Counted from the stretch's first letter, positions 7,450-14,649 are shown. The stretch: 14,775 bases of DNA from Candidatus Micrarchaeota archaeon (GCA_040754495.1 JBFMCO010000002.1:1-14775); one strand, 5' to 3'. Numbers and translations: made by a program. Notes: generated from the letters alone by a model not told the origin.

Positions 7450-7842
7450 TCACTCAACCCTCATGATGGGCTCCGAGAGCCAGGAGCCTTTTTTCGAATG
7501 CTTCCTGAGCTTCGCCTCATCAAGGGTGAGCCACTCGAAGCCAGCATAAGCCGATGCAGGGTCGGGTTCTTCCTTCCGGAGCTGCCTCATCTCAAGGACA
7601 AGGCACGGGATGTGATTCCCCTCGTGCTCGTACCTGCCTTCGAGCACTATCCTCCCGGCCTCGGCCTTGATGCCAGCCTGCTTCCTGAATGCTTCGGAGA
7701 GCTGGGAAACAGGGTCCGCGCTGAGGCTTCCGTATACGCACGGCATCTCTATGCCCGTCCCATGGCCTTCCTTGCGCAGCAGGAAAAGCGCCCTGCCGCC
7801 GCGCTCGAGCATCCCAACTATGAGCGCCTTCGGCTGGTTCAT
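7450..7842 (-). CDS. Nudix-fold-like protein with degenerate Nudix box (paralogue 1)
   Basis: Start MNQPKAL at 7842 (ATGA overlap with the trpS stop). Collinear with paralogue 2 (PKAL, GMLExGGRxLFLLRK, EMPCV, EAF, IVxEGR, PCLV, GFxWLxLD). Confidence 0.7.
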   Translation of the reverse strand: MNQPKALIVGMLERGGRALFLLRKEGHGTGIEMPCVYGSLSADPVSQLSEAFRKQAGIKAEAGRIVLEGRYEHEGNHIPCLVLEMRQLRKEEPDPASAYAGFEWLTLDEAKLRKHSKKGSWLSEPIMRVE

Positions 7843-9056
7843 TCGTAAATCCTCTCCCACATCTCGGCAGCCAGTTTCCCGTTTCGGGTGAAACGCTCCA
7901 GGTCCTTCTCGGCCTTCCTGCGCCTCTCGCGGTGTTCTTTCAGGAACGAATTCACCTTCTCGATTAGCATCACCTTCAGCTCGCCGGTCAGCAGCTTCCC
8001 GGCCCGGTAGTCGTCATGGATGGCCTTCAGCCTTGCATCGTCCGGCTCGAAGAGTATGGAGAGCCACTGGTAGGGCACGTCCACGTCCGGGTTGCCGCCG
8101 AGCCTCCGATGCTCCTCGACCGTCGCCTGCCCGCCCGAAAACGCGTACTTGCTGACCTTGTTCTTCACCGTCTTCTCGTCGTCCGTGAGCAGAATGGCGG
8201 TCTCGGCGCTTGCGCTCGAGCTCATCTTGCCAGTTACGCCCTGGAGCGGGGGGAGGAACCTGCTGTGGATGGCGGCCGTCTTGTAATACCCCATCGGCTC
8301 GGCTATATCCCTCTGTATCCTCCAGTACGGGTCCTGGTCTATGGCGCACGGGATGAGGCACCTCTTCTTCTCGAAGAACGTGGGAAGCGTCTGGATGGCC
8401 GGGTACATGTTCAGCCCGATGTTCGTCGAGTCGTCGAACCCGAAGACCGCCTTCACGGTCGAGCCGGTTATCCTGCGCGCGGTGTTCAGCAGGAGCGGGT
8501 ACATGTTCCGGATATACCCGCTGTCCCTGAATATGAACGTCCGCTCCGGGTCGAAGCCGACGGCTATTATGTCGAGTATGTTGTCGTGCGCGGCCTCCTG
8601 CACCTGCATCCACTGGTACTCCCTCTTGTGCAGGAACCCCTCGTCGTCGGTTATCTCTATGTAGAGGTTGACCTTGAACTTCTCCTGGAGCCACCGGGTC
8701 ATAATCATCGGGACAAGGTGCCCGATGTGCATCCCCTTGCTCGGCTTCCTGCCGGTATAGAGGAAGAACCCCTTCCCCTTCTCGTAGTCGTCCAGCACGA
8801 GGTTCAGGTCCCTGTGCGAGAAGAAGAAGTCCCTCCTCAGCATGTGGTGCGGCTCGTCCCCGCCGCACGCCTTGAGCATCCGCTCGCGCAGGGCCGAATC
8901 TATCCTGCTCGTCCCGAACTGCCTGATGAGCTTGTCGTAGTCGATTGCCCCGCTGACCTCCCAGGGCGTCACTTTGAACCCGGTTTCGCCACTTCCGTCT
9001 TTCCCCGTCCGTCTTGCCGTTCCTCCGGTGGCGAGACCGGGTTTGAACTCTTCCAT
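7839..9056 (-). CDS. trpS: Tryptophan--tRNA ligase, archaeal/eukaryal type
   Basis: FKVTPWEV, DYDKLIxxFG, FFFSHRD, LYTGR, HIGH motif, QDPYWR, KMSSS (KMSKS) motif. Confidence 0.96.
   Translation of the reverse strand: MEEFKPGLATGGTARRTGKDGSGETGFKVTPWEVSGAIDYDKLIRQFGTSRIDSALRERMLKACGGDEPHHMLRRDFFFSHRDLNLVLDDYEKGKGFFLYTGRKPSKGMHIGHLVPMIMTRWLQEKFKVNLYIEITDDEGFLHKREYQWMQVQEAAHDNILDIIAVGFDPERTFIFRDSGYIRNMYPLLLNTARRITGSTVKAVFGFDDSTNIGLNMYPAIQTLPTFFEKKRCLIPCAIDQDPYWRIQRDIAEPMGYYKTAAIHSRFLPPLQGVTGKMSSSASAETAILLTDDEKTVKNKVSKYAFSGGQATVEEHRRLGGNPDVDVPYQWLSILFEPDDARLKAIHDDYRAGKLLTGELKVMLIEKVNSFLKEHRERRRKAEKDLERFTRNGKLAAEMWERIYE
8973..9048. repeat. Palindromic MITE-like insertion inside trpS codons 3-28, flanked by 7-bp direct repeats
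   Basis: Direct repeats TTTGAAC at 8973-8979 and 9042-9048 (period 69 bp). Inverted arms AACCCGGTTTCGCCAC (8977-8992) and GTGGCGAGACCGGGTT (9028-9043), 15/16 complementary. Confidence 0.85.
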
Positions 9057-9077
9057 GGACGTAGAACTCAGTCAAGG

Positions 9078-9086
9078 ATTAAATAA
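9078..9086 (-). promoter_or_regulatory. Putative TATA box of trpS (probably leaderless transcript)
   Basis: TTATTTAAT on the minus strand 22-30 nt upstream of the trpS ATG; no Shine-Dalgarno-like motif in between. Confidence 0.4.
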
Positions 9087-9101
9087 GATAGGCAAGGGCT
9101 T

Positions 9102-9425
9102 TCACGAGAGCGCGAGGCCGATGAGGAAAGAGGAAAGATTGCACGCCGCGCTCGCCCCAAAGGCGCCTCCGGCATCCAGCTTCCGGAAAAGCGCAATGTA
9201 TACGCCCCCCTCGGCCAGGAAGGCAAATCCTTCGGCAAGCGCGGTCTGGATCCCCCAGCCAAGACCCAGGTACGGAAAGAAAAACCAGACGAGGGGCAGA
9301 GTAAGGGAGCTGGCAGCAACCGCGTTCCTCATGATTATCCCGGCGTCATATTTTCCCCGCAAAAAGAGGAAAAGCGCCGCGCCCTCCATCAGCAGCGTCA
9401 GCGCATACGCCTGCCAGAATTCCAC
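9102..9425 (-). CDS. Small multi-pass membrane protein (about 107 aa)
   Basis: GTG start at 9425, 4 nt after the upstream stop (track ORF extended to 9506). About four hydrophobic segments with TLLMEG, LTLPLVW, AExFAFLAE and NLSSF motifs. Confidence 0.7.
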   Translation of the reverse strand: MEFWQAYALTLLMEGAALFLFLRGKYDAGIIMRNAVAASSLTLPLVWFFFPYLGLGWGIQTALAEGFAFLAEGGVYIALFRKLDAGGAFGASAACNLSSFLIGLALS

Positions 9426-9429
9426 CGGC

Positions 9430-9915
9430 TCACTTTCTGAGGAATGCCGCACCCACCCCGGCAACAGCCAGGAGGATGAGCGAGAGGGGGCAGCCGGAGC
9501 TTCCAATCTTGCCTTGTATCTGCCCGCTCGGGGCGTCTATCGTGATGTCGTAGTTGTCGAAGCTGTCCGAGAAGTTGAAGCTCCCGGTCCTCACAGTGTT
9601 CCCGCCGTATTCGTAGGAGAAGTAACCCTCGGGGAATGCGAAGCAGGGATTGAACTTGTAATACCATTCTTCGTTCGTGCATGTGCCGCCGCTGCAGGAC
9701 AAGTTCAAGGGGTACGGCTCCACCGCGTTCGAAGTGTCGGTTTCGGTTGTGTCCATGCAGTGGTAGGTAATGCTCGTAACTGAAGCTTCGGGCTGCCCGC
9801 CGCTCACCATGTGGACTACGACCTTGGGCGGCGGCGGGGAAGGCCCCGCGTCTGCGAATGCGAGCGGCAGGGCAAGAACCAGGGCCAGGAAGGCCATTTT
9901 AAGGACGGATGCCAT
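9430..9915 (-). CDS. Secreted, C-terminally anchored protein (161 aa)
   Basis: Signal peptide MASVLKMAFLALVLALPLAFA followed by DAGPSPPPP; four Cys in the ectodomain; C-terminal SSGCPL-hydrophobic-RK tail. Confidence 0.8.
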   Translation of the reverse strand: MASVLKMAFLALVLALPLAFADAGPSPPPPKVVVHMVSGGQPEASVTSITYHCMDTTETDTSNAVEPYPLNLSCSGGTCTNEEWYYKFNPCFAFPEGYFSYEYGGNTVRTGSFNFSDSFDNYDITIDAPSGQIQGKIGSSGCPLSLILLAVAGVGAAFLRK

Positions 9916-9932
9916 GTCATTCTCTCGCCGCC

Positions 9933-9958
9933 AAGGTTAAAATGGCAACCTTTATATA
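9933..9958. promoter_or_regulatory. Divergent promoter region: inverted repeat abutting a TATA box
   Basis: AAGGTT-N8-AACCTT (9933-9952) overlapping TTTATATA (9951-9958) in an AT-rich divergent intergenic region. Confidence 0.35.
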
Positions 9959-10006
9959 GTTATAATGTGTATATATATGTGGATAAACTGACAGAGGTGC
10001 AGATGT

Positions 10007-10519
10007 ATGAGCAGCCCCCATGGCATCTGGTATAGGAACAGAGGGCCGACTTTTGCCGGAAAAGCCAAGGCCATAGCCAAAGGCGTCTTCATAAGCGGCG
10101 AGCCCCTCGTGGAGTATGCCGATTATATGCTGAGGGTGAACGGCTTATCCGCAGACGAGCGCCTGAAGCAGTATTCCCGCATCGCAAGGTCCGGTGACAG
10201 CGACAGGATTTTCGAGAAGCTTATGCAGGTTCGGGACCCGCGCGCGCAGGCAGTGCTCGCCGCAGGGTTTGAGCGCTGCTTCGATAACTCTATCGAGAGC
10301 CACAAGGCCGAGGACACTTCGCAGTACGCGGCGGCGGCGATGCTAGCCCACTGGGGGGAGCGGCGCAGGTACGTCCAGAAGGTTGAGGCCCAGGCAAAGG
10401 AGTTTTTGAAAAAATTCTGGGTCGAGTCAGAAGAGGCGAAGCAGAGCATGGCCAGCGTCCTGGAGAAAATAGAATCGCTCAAGGGTGAGGGGTGGATGAA
10501 AGAGGACAAGCGCTTCTGA
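10007..10519 (+). CDS. Hypothetical helical protein (170 aa)
   Basis: GAGGTG RBS before ATG; fills the space between the divergent promoter and the convergent ABC permease; no recognised family. Confidence 0.7.
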   Translation: MSSPHGIWYRNRGPTFAGKAKAIAKGVFISGEPLVEYADYMLRVNGLSADERLKQYSRIARSGDSDRIFEKLMQVRDPRAQAVLAAGFERCFDNSIESHKAEDTSQYAAAAMLAHWGERRRYVQKVEAQAKEFLKKFWVESEEAKQSMASVLEKIESLKGEGWMKEDKRF

Positions 10520-10527
10520 GCGGCATC

Positions 10528-12498
10528 CTAGACATAATTCGTAATGTCCCTTCTTTTAAGCGACACGAAACCGAGCAGGGCCGCAAGGAGCACGAAATAT
10601 GACATGAGCGCCGCAATGTCTATCGCCGGGTCGCCGTCAGTTATCAGCACTATCTTGAATATGCTCGTGACATGGGCAAGGGGAAGGAGCTGCTGCAGGA
10701 CCTGCGTGTAGCTCGGCAGCAGGTCCGGGGAGAAGATGATGTTCCCCAGGAAAAGCATCGGGATCGCGAGCAGGAGGCAGCTCTGTATGGCGGCCGACTC
10801 GCTTTTGGAGAAGAAGCCGACGAGCACCCCTATCGAGCTAAGCACGAGGGCGGATATGGCCGTCCCGTAGACCAGGACCGCCATGTTCTCCGGCGGCCTG
10901 ACTCCGAAAAGCAGGAGCGCTACTGCGAGAATCAACGCAATCTGCCCGAACGAGAGCAGGACGAGCGCCACTATCTTGCCTATCACGAGCTCCCAGAGGC
11001 CCCAGGGCACCATGAGCGCGCGCACGATGGTCTTGCGCATCTTCTCCCGGACCAGGCTTATCGAGCCGAGCAGGAAGCAGGAGAGCAGGAGGGATATGGA
11101 TATCACCTGCGGCATTATGAAATCCACGAAGCTCCCCCTCGCGTACTGGTTCTGCACCTCTACCGAAAGCGGGGACGCGATAAGGTCCGGGTCCTTGCCG
11201 GTCTGCTCGGCCACGGTCCCCTGCAGCGACGATATGAGCGAATCCACCGATGCCGTCTGGTTTAGGGCGTCGTCGAGGGTGGAGTCTATCTGCGTGACGG
11301 TGGCCTTCATGCTGGAGAGAAGGGCCTTGAGCTTCGCGACCTCCTCCTTCGCCTCGGCGAATGACGAGTCGAGCGAATCGAGGCTGGCCGACACGTTGTC
11401 CAGCGCCGATGCCATCTCGGCGGTCCGGTTCGCCCCGGCCTTCGCGAGCTGCACTTCCACAGAATACGCGTCGAGTGCCCCGCCGAATGAATACAAAGTC
11501 GTATTGAGCTCCTCCAGCCTGTCCATCTCGTCTTTCGCATCCTCTATCTGGCCGGCTGTGGAGTTGCGGAGCGCCTGAAGGCTCGCGATGTTCAGCTCGA
11601 GGGCCGCAATCATGGCGGTGTCGTTCGTGCCGCTCTTTATCGCCTCCAGCCCTGCAATGGACGAGTCAAGGACCGAAACGGTCTGGTTCAGCTCCTGCAC
11701 CTGGGAGGCCAGCTTTCCGTGTGTGTCATCCACCGCGTCTATGGACTCGTCGAGGGCGGACGAGGCGTTGATGAGGAAAATCTCGGTCTTGGCAAGCAAC
11801 TGCTGGTTGTCTGCCGACGCGTTGGAAAGGGCGCCCTTCTGCTCCTCGAGGAGCGCCTGCAGCGCGGCCACCTTAACGGAGGCGTTCCCCAGCGAGCCTT
11901 CCAGCCTGCCTGCGTCTATGGAATCCATGTCGGCCCTTGCGCCCGCCAGCGCGGCCTTCGTCTGCTGCATGCCAAGCCTCGTGCCAGCGATGTCCGAAGC
12001 GAGCGCCGCGGCCGAGTCGTTAAGGCCCCGGAGCTCCTCCCAGGCCGCAGTCACATAACCCTTCGTGATGTCGGCCGAAGAGGCTTCGATTACCGAGGAC
12101 ATGGCAGCGAGCACGGACTGCTCCAGGGCCAAATCCGAGTTGTCCACCACAATCCTGATTTTCGAGCCCTCCCCGCGCCGCAGGGACTCCTCGAAATCCT
12201 CGGGGACGACTATGACGGCCCTGAGCTGGCCGTTCCTGAAGGCGGTCATGGCCTCCTCCTCCGAGCCGAAGTCCTGCAGGTTGAAGGCCTTCGACTCGTT
12301 GAGGCCGGAAAAGAGGGCCTGCGAGAAGCTCGTGTTGACCGGCCCTGCCAGGCCGACCGGGAGGCCGTTTATCTCAAGCGAGCGGAAGGAGCTCCCCATG
12401 AATATCATCACGAATACCGGAAACGCGAGGAGCACCGCAAGCATTGTGCGGTCGTGGACCATCTCGAGGATTTCCTTCTTTATCGTTGAGACTATCAT
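10528..12498 (-). CDS. ABC-2 type exporter permease with a long extracellular coiled-coil (YhgE/Pip-like architecture), 656 aa
   Basis: True start MIVSTIKKE at 12498 (ATGA overlap with the ATPase stop). N-terminal TM, AVIVVPEDF/IRIVVDNSD loop motifs, about 300 aa of A/L/S-rich heptads, then DFIMP...RE...GK and a multi-TM C-terminus. Confidence 0.88.
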   Translation of the reverse strand: MIVSTIKKEILEMVHDRTMLAVLLAFPVFVMIFMGSSFRSLEINGLPVGLAGPVNTSFSQALFSGLNESKAFNLQDFGSEEEAMTAFRNGQLRAVIVVPEDFEESLRRGEGSKIRIVVDNSDLALEQSVLAAMSSVIEASSADITKGYVTAAWEELRGLNDSAAALASDIAGTRLGMQQTKAALAGARADMDSIDAGRLEGSLGNASVKVAALQALLEEQKGALSNASADNQQLLAKTEIFLINASSALDESIDAVDDTHGKLASQVQELNQTVSVLDSSIAGLEAIKSGTNDTAMIAALELNIASLQALRNSTAGQIEDAKDEMDRLEELNTTLYSFGGALDAYSVEVQLAKAGANRTAEMASALDNVSASLDSLDSSFAEAKEEVAKLKALLSSMKATVTQIDSTLDDALNQTASVDSLISSLQGTVAEQTGKDPDLIASPLSVEVQNQYARGSFVDFIMPQVISISLLLSCFLLGSISLVREKMRKTIVRALMVPWGLWELVIGKIVALVLLSFGQIALILAVALLLFGVRPPENMAVLVYGTAISALVLSSIGVLVGFFSKSESAAIQSCLLLAIPMLFLGNIIFSPDLLPSYTQVLQQLLPLAHVTSIFKIVLITDGDPAIDIAALMSYFVLLAALLGFVSLKRRDITNYV

Positions 12499-13226
12499 CT
12501 GACCACCGGCCTGACCAGGTACGCGAACACATCCTCCATCTGCTTGAGCTTGTATTTTTTCTTGAGCCCGGCCGGCGTCCCGCAATCCACGATGCGCCCC
12601 GCGAACATTATGGCCACCCTCCCGCAGAGCCTTTCTATCTCCTCCATGTAGTGGGAAGTTATGATTATCGTCTTCTTCGTCGCGTGCAGCTCCTCTATGA
12701 CGTCCCATATCTCCCGGCGCACCACCGGGTCCAGGCCAACGGTGGGCTCGTCCAGGAAAACGAGCTTCGGGTCATGCACGAGCGAGCATGCGATGTTCAG
12801 CCGCTTCTTCATGCCGCCTGAAAGCTTTGACGCCAGCACGTCCCTTTTCTCGAAAAGCCTCGTCCTCTCGAGGAGCCTCTTTATGCGCGGCCTGGCCTCG
12901 CCGCCCTTCACGCCGTGCTGGGAGGCGAAAAACTCCAGGTTCTCCATCACGGTGAGCGTCTCGTAAAAAGAGTCCTCCTGCGTCACGAACCCGATTTCGG
13001 GGGTGGCCTTCTGGAGCTCCTTCAGGTTCTTCCCCATGATGGTGACGCTTCCGGACGACGGGGCAAGGAGCCCGGAGAGCATGTTGAACGTGGTGGTCTT
13101 GCCCGAGCCGTTCGCTCCAAGCAACCCGAACACCTCCCCCTCCCCGACCGTGAAGGACACCCTGTCTACTATTATCTTCTCCTTGATGACTTTCGCCAGC
13201 TCGCTGACCACCACCGCATCGGGCAT
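12495..13226 (-). CDS. ABC exporter ATP-binding protein (DrrA/CcmA-like)
   Basis: Walker A GANGSGKTT, signature LSGGMKKR, Walker B VFLDEPT, H-loop TSH. ATG 13226 follows an AGGTGG RBS (track start 13241). Confidence 0.93.
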   Translation of the reverse strand: MPDAVVVSELAKVIKEKIIVDRVSFTVGEGEVFGLLGANGSGKTTTFNMLSGLLAPSSGSVTIMGKNLKELQKATPEIGFVTQEDSFYETLTVMENLEFFASQHGVKGGEARPRIKRLLERTRLFEKRDVLASKLSGGMKKRLNIACSLVHDPKLVFLDEPTVGLDPVVRREIWDVIEELHATKKTIIITSHYMEEIERLCGRVAIMFAGRIVDCGTPAGLKKKYKLKQMEDVFAYLVRPVVR

Positions 13227-13247
13227 GATTCCACCTTGCATTCCTGC

Positions 13248-13256
13248 ATTTTTAAA
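13248..13256 (-). promoter_or_regulatory. Putative TATA box of the ABC exporter operon
   Basis: TTTAAAAA on the minus strand about 25 nt upstream of ATG 13226. Confidence 0.4.
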
Positions 13257-13267
13257 CCTCGCTGGGA

Positions 13268-13855
13268 TGTTAAGTCAACCGGCCGTGCTAATGCTTTTCA
13301 GGTATAGCAGACCGGGGAAATCCTTGACCCCTTGGTGATAACGCTTATAGTTGTACCAGTCCTTGAACTGGGCCACCACATCTTCAAGTGAAAGGCCCAG
13401 GTGTTTCACCAGCCTAATGACTTCTTCATTCACATTCCTTATGCATCGTTCTACTTTTCCCTTGTCTCTTGGATAGTAGGGATGCGCAAAAACGGCTTCA
13501 ATGACGTTGGCTAGTAGGGCCTCTTTCCAGCTATCTTTGAATTGGCCGCCGTTATCAGACAGTATTTTCTCAGGTTTGCCGTGCATCGCAAATGCCTTCT
13601 CAAGATCAGCCACAATGTCTTCTGTTGTTGGGTCTTTGTCGTAAACTTTCAGGATAATCAGGCATCGGGAATAATCGTCGATAACAACCAGGATGAAATT
13701 CCTTTTTCCGTACATGTGCACCGGCCCTTTGAGGTCTATCTGCCACATCTCATTAGCCTTTGCAGCACGGAAGAATTTCCATTCGTGCAGCTTACCATAA
13801 GGAGAGCCATTCATTCTATGCCGTTTCAGCACGTTATTTATGGACTGCCTGCTTA
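13268..13855 (-). mobile_element. IS481-like element, 3' part (transposase catalytic core plus right end), interrupted by IS21
   Basis: Putative terminal TGTTAAGTCAACCGG at 13268 with the transposase stop inside it; lower GC than the flanking host genes; ends where the IS21 IR begins. Confidence 0.7.
13275..13855 (-). pseudogene. rve/DDE transposase (IS481-like), N-terminus missing
   Basis: WQIDLKGP, VVIDDYSR, SDNGGQF, HPYYPRDKGKVER, WYNYKRYH. The first 15 residues of the track ORF come from read-through of the IS21 left end (GTG at 13901). Confidence 0.85.
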
Positions 13856-14649
13856 TGATAACGCCGACTGAAAATTTACCACTTTCACCGACACGTGCCA
13901 CCAGCGATTATAACCCAACCAGTGTATGATGCTGGGAGAGTTATGATCACACGAGGTGGACACATGGAAATAAGGAATCTTTTGGAGAATGGGGTCTCAG
14001 TATCTGAGGCAGCCAGGGGATTGGGTGTGGCAAGGGCTACTGTCAGAAAGTACGCTGACATGCCCTCGTTCATAACCTATATCCGGGAAAAGAAGAAGCC
14101 GCACAAGCTTGAGCCATATAAGGAATACATCAAAGGGAGGCTGGAGAAGTACCCCCTGAGTAGTGTACGGCTGTACGAGGAAATCCTGAAGATGGGCTAC
14201 ACCGGCAAGATATCGCGCCTAAGGGATTTTGTGATGGAATTGCACCATGAAAAAGCGTATCATGCCGTCATGATGTTTGAGACTGCCCCTGGGCAGCAGG
14301 GGCAGATAGACTGGGGGGAGGTCGGTAAAATGCAGACTGACGAAGGGGAGGTGAAAATATACGTCTTCTGCATGATCCTCGGATACTCAAGAACGCGGTA
14401 TATCGAGTTCACACTCTCCATGAATCTTGAGACGCTTCTCAAATGCCAGATGAACGCCTATGACTATTATGGAGGAGCTCCGAATGAGCATCTCTATGAC
14501 AACATGAAAACTGTCGTCCTGGTGCGGGGCAAGACTTCCGATGAATCCGATTTCAACCCAAGGTTTGCCGACTTTGCAGCGTATTATGGCTTCAAACCAA
14601 AACTGTGCCGCCCATGCAAGCCACGCACAAAGGGCAAGGTGGAGAAGCT
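13856..14649 (+). mobile_element. IS21-family element, 5' part (IRL plus truncated istA), interrupted by IS3
   Basis: TG-terminated end TGATAACGCCGACTGAAAATTTACCACTTTCACCGAC resembling IS21-family IRs, followed by istA; istB is not in the window. Confidence 0.82.
13943..14649 (+). pseudogene. istA: IS21-family transposase IstA, truncated
   Basis: MITRGGHMEIRNLLENGVSVSEAARGLG helix-turn-helix, FETAPGQQGQIDWG, LGYSR, YDNMKT, FAAYYGF, PRTKGKVE. The frame enters the IS3 IR immediately afterwards and stops at 14665. Confidence 0.9.

Noticed and set aside
8973-9048. tRNA gene or integron attC site at the trpS insert
   Set aside because: No D-arm or anticodon arm can be formed and the T-loop-like segment is only 6 nt. 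GTTCAAA does not fit GTTRRRY and no integrase is in the window.
8965-9056. trpS insert as a bulge-helix-bulge mRNA intron
   Set aside because: I could not build two 3-nt bulges separated by a 4-bp helix at the boundaries. The insert is in frame and stop-free, so splicing is not required.
8014-9086. Long alternative ORFs overlapping trpS (353 and 356 aa) and similar shadows over rpe, tkt and the ABC genes
   Set aside because: These are expected shadow frames of GC-rich coding DNA with strong third-position bias, and show no recognisable motifs.
11160-12050. Permease coiled-coil as a methyl-accepting chemotaxis domain or DNA tandem repeat
   Set aside because: No MCP signalling hairpin motif and no exact nucleotide repeats were seen; it is a generic heptad pattern inside an ABC-2 permease.
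10528-12708. 726-aa track ORF as a fusion protein
   Set aside because: The first 70 residues are an alternative frame of the ATPase gene; the real permease starts at ATG 12498 by ATGA coupling.
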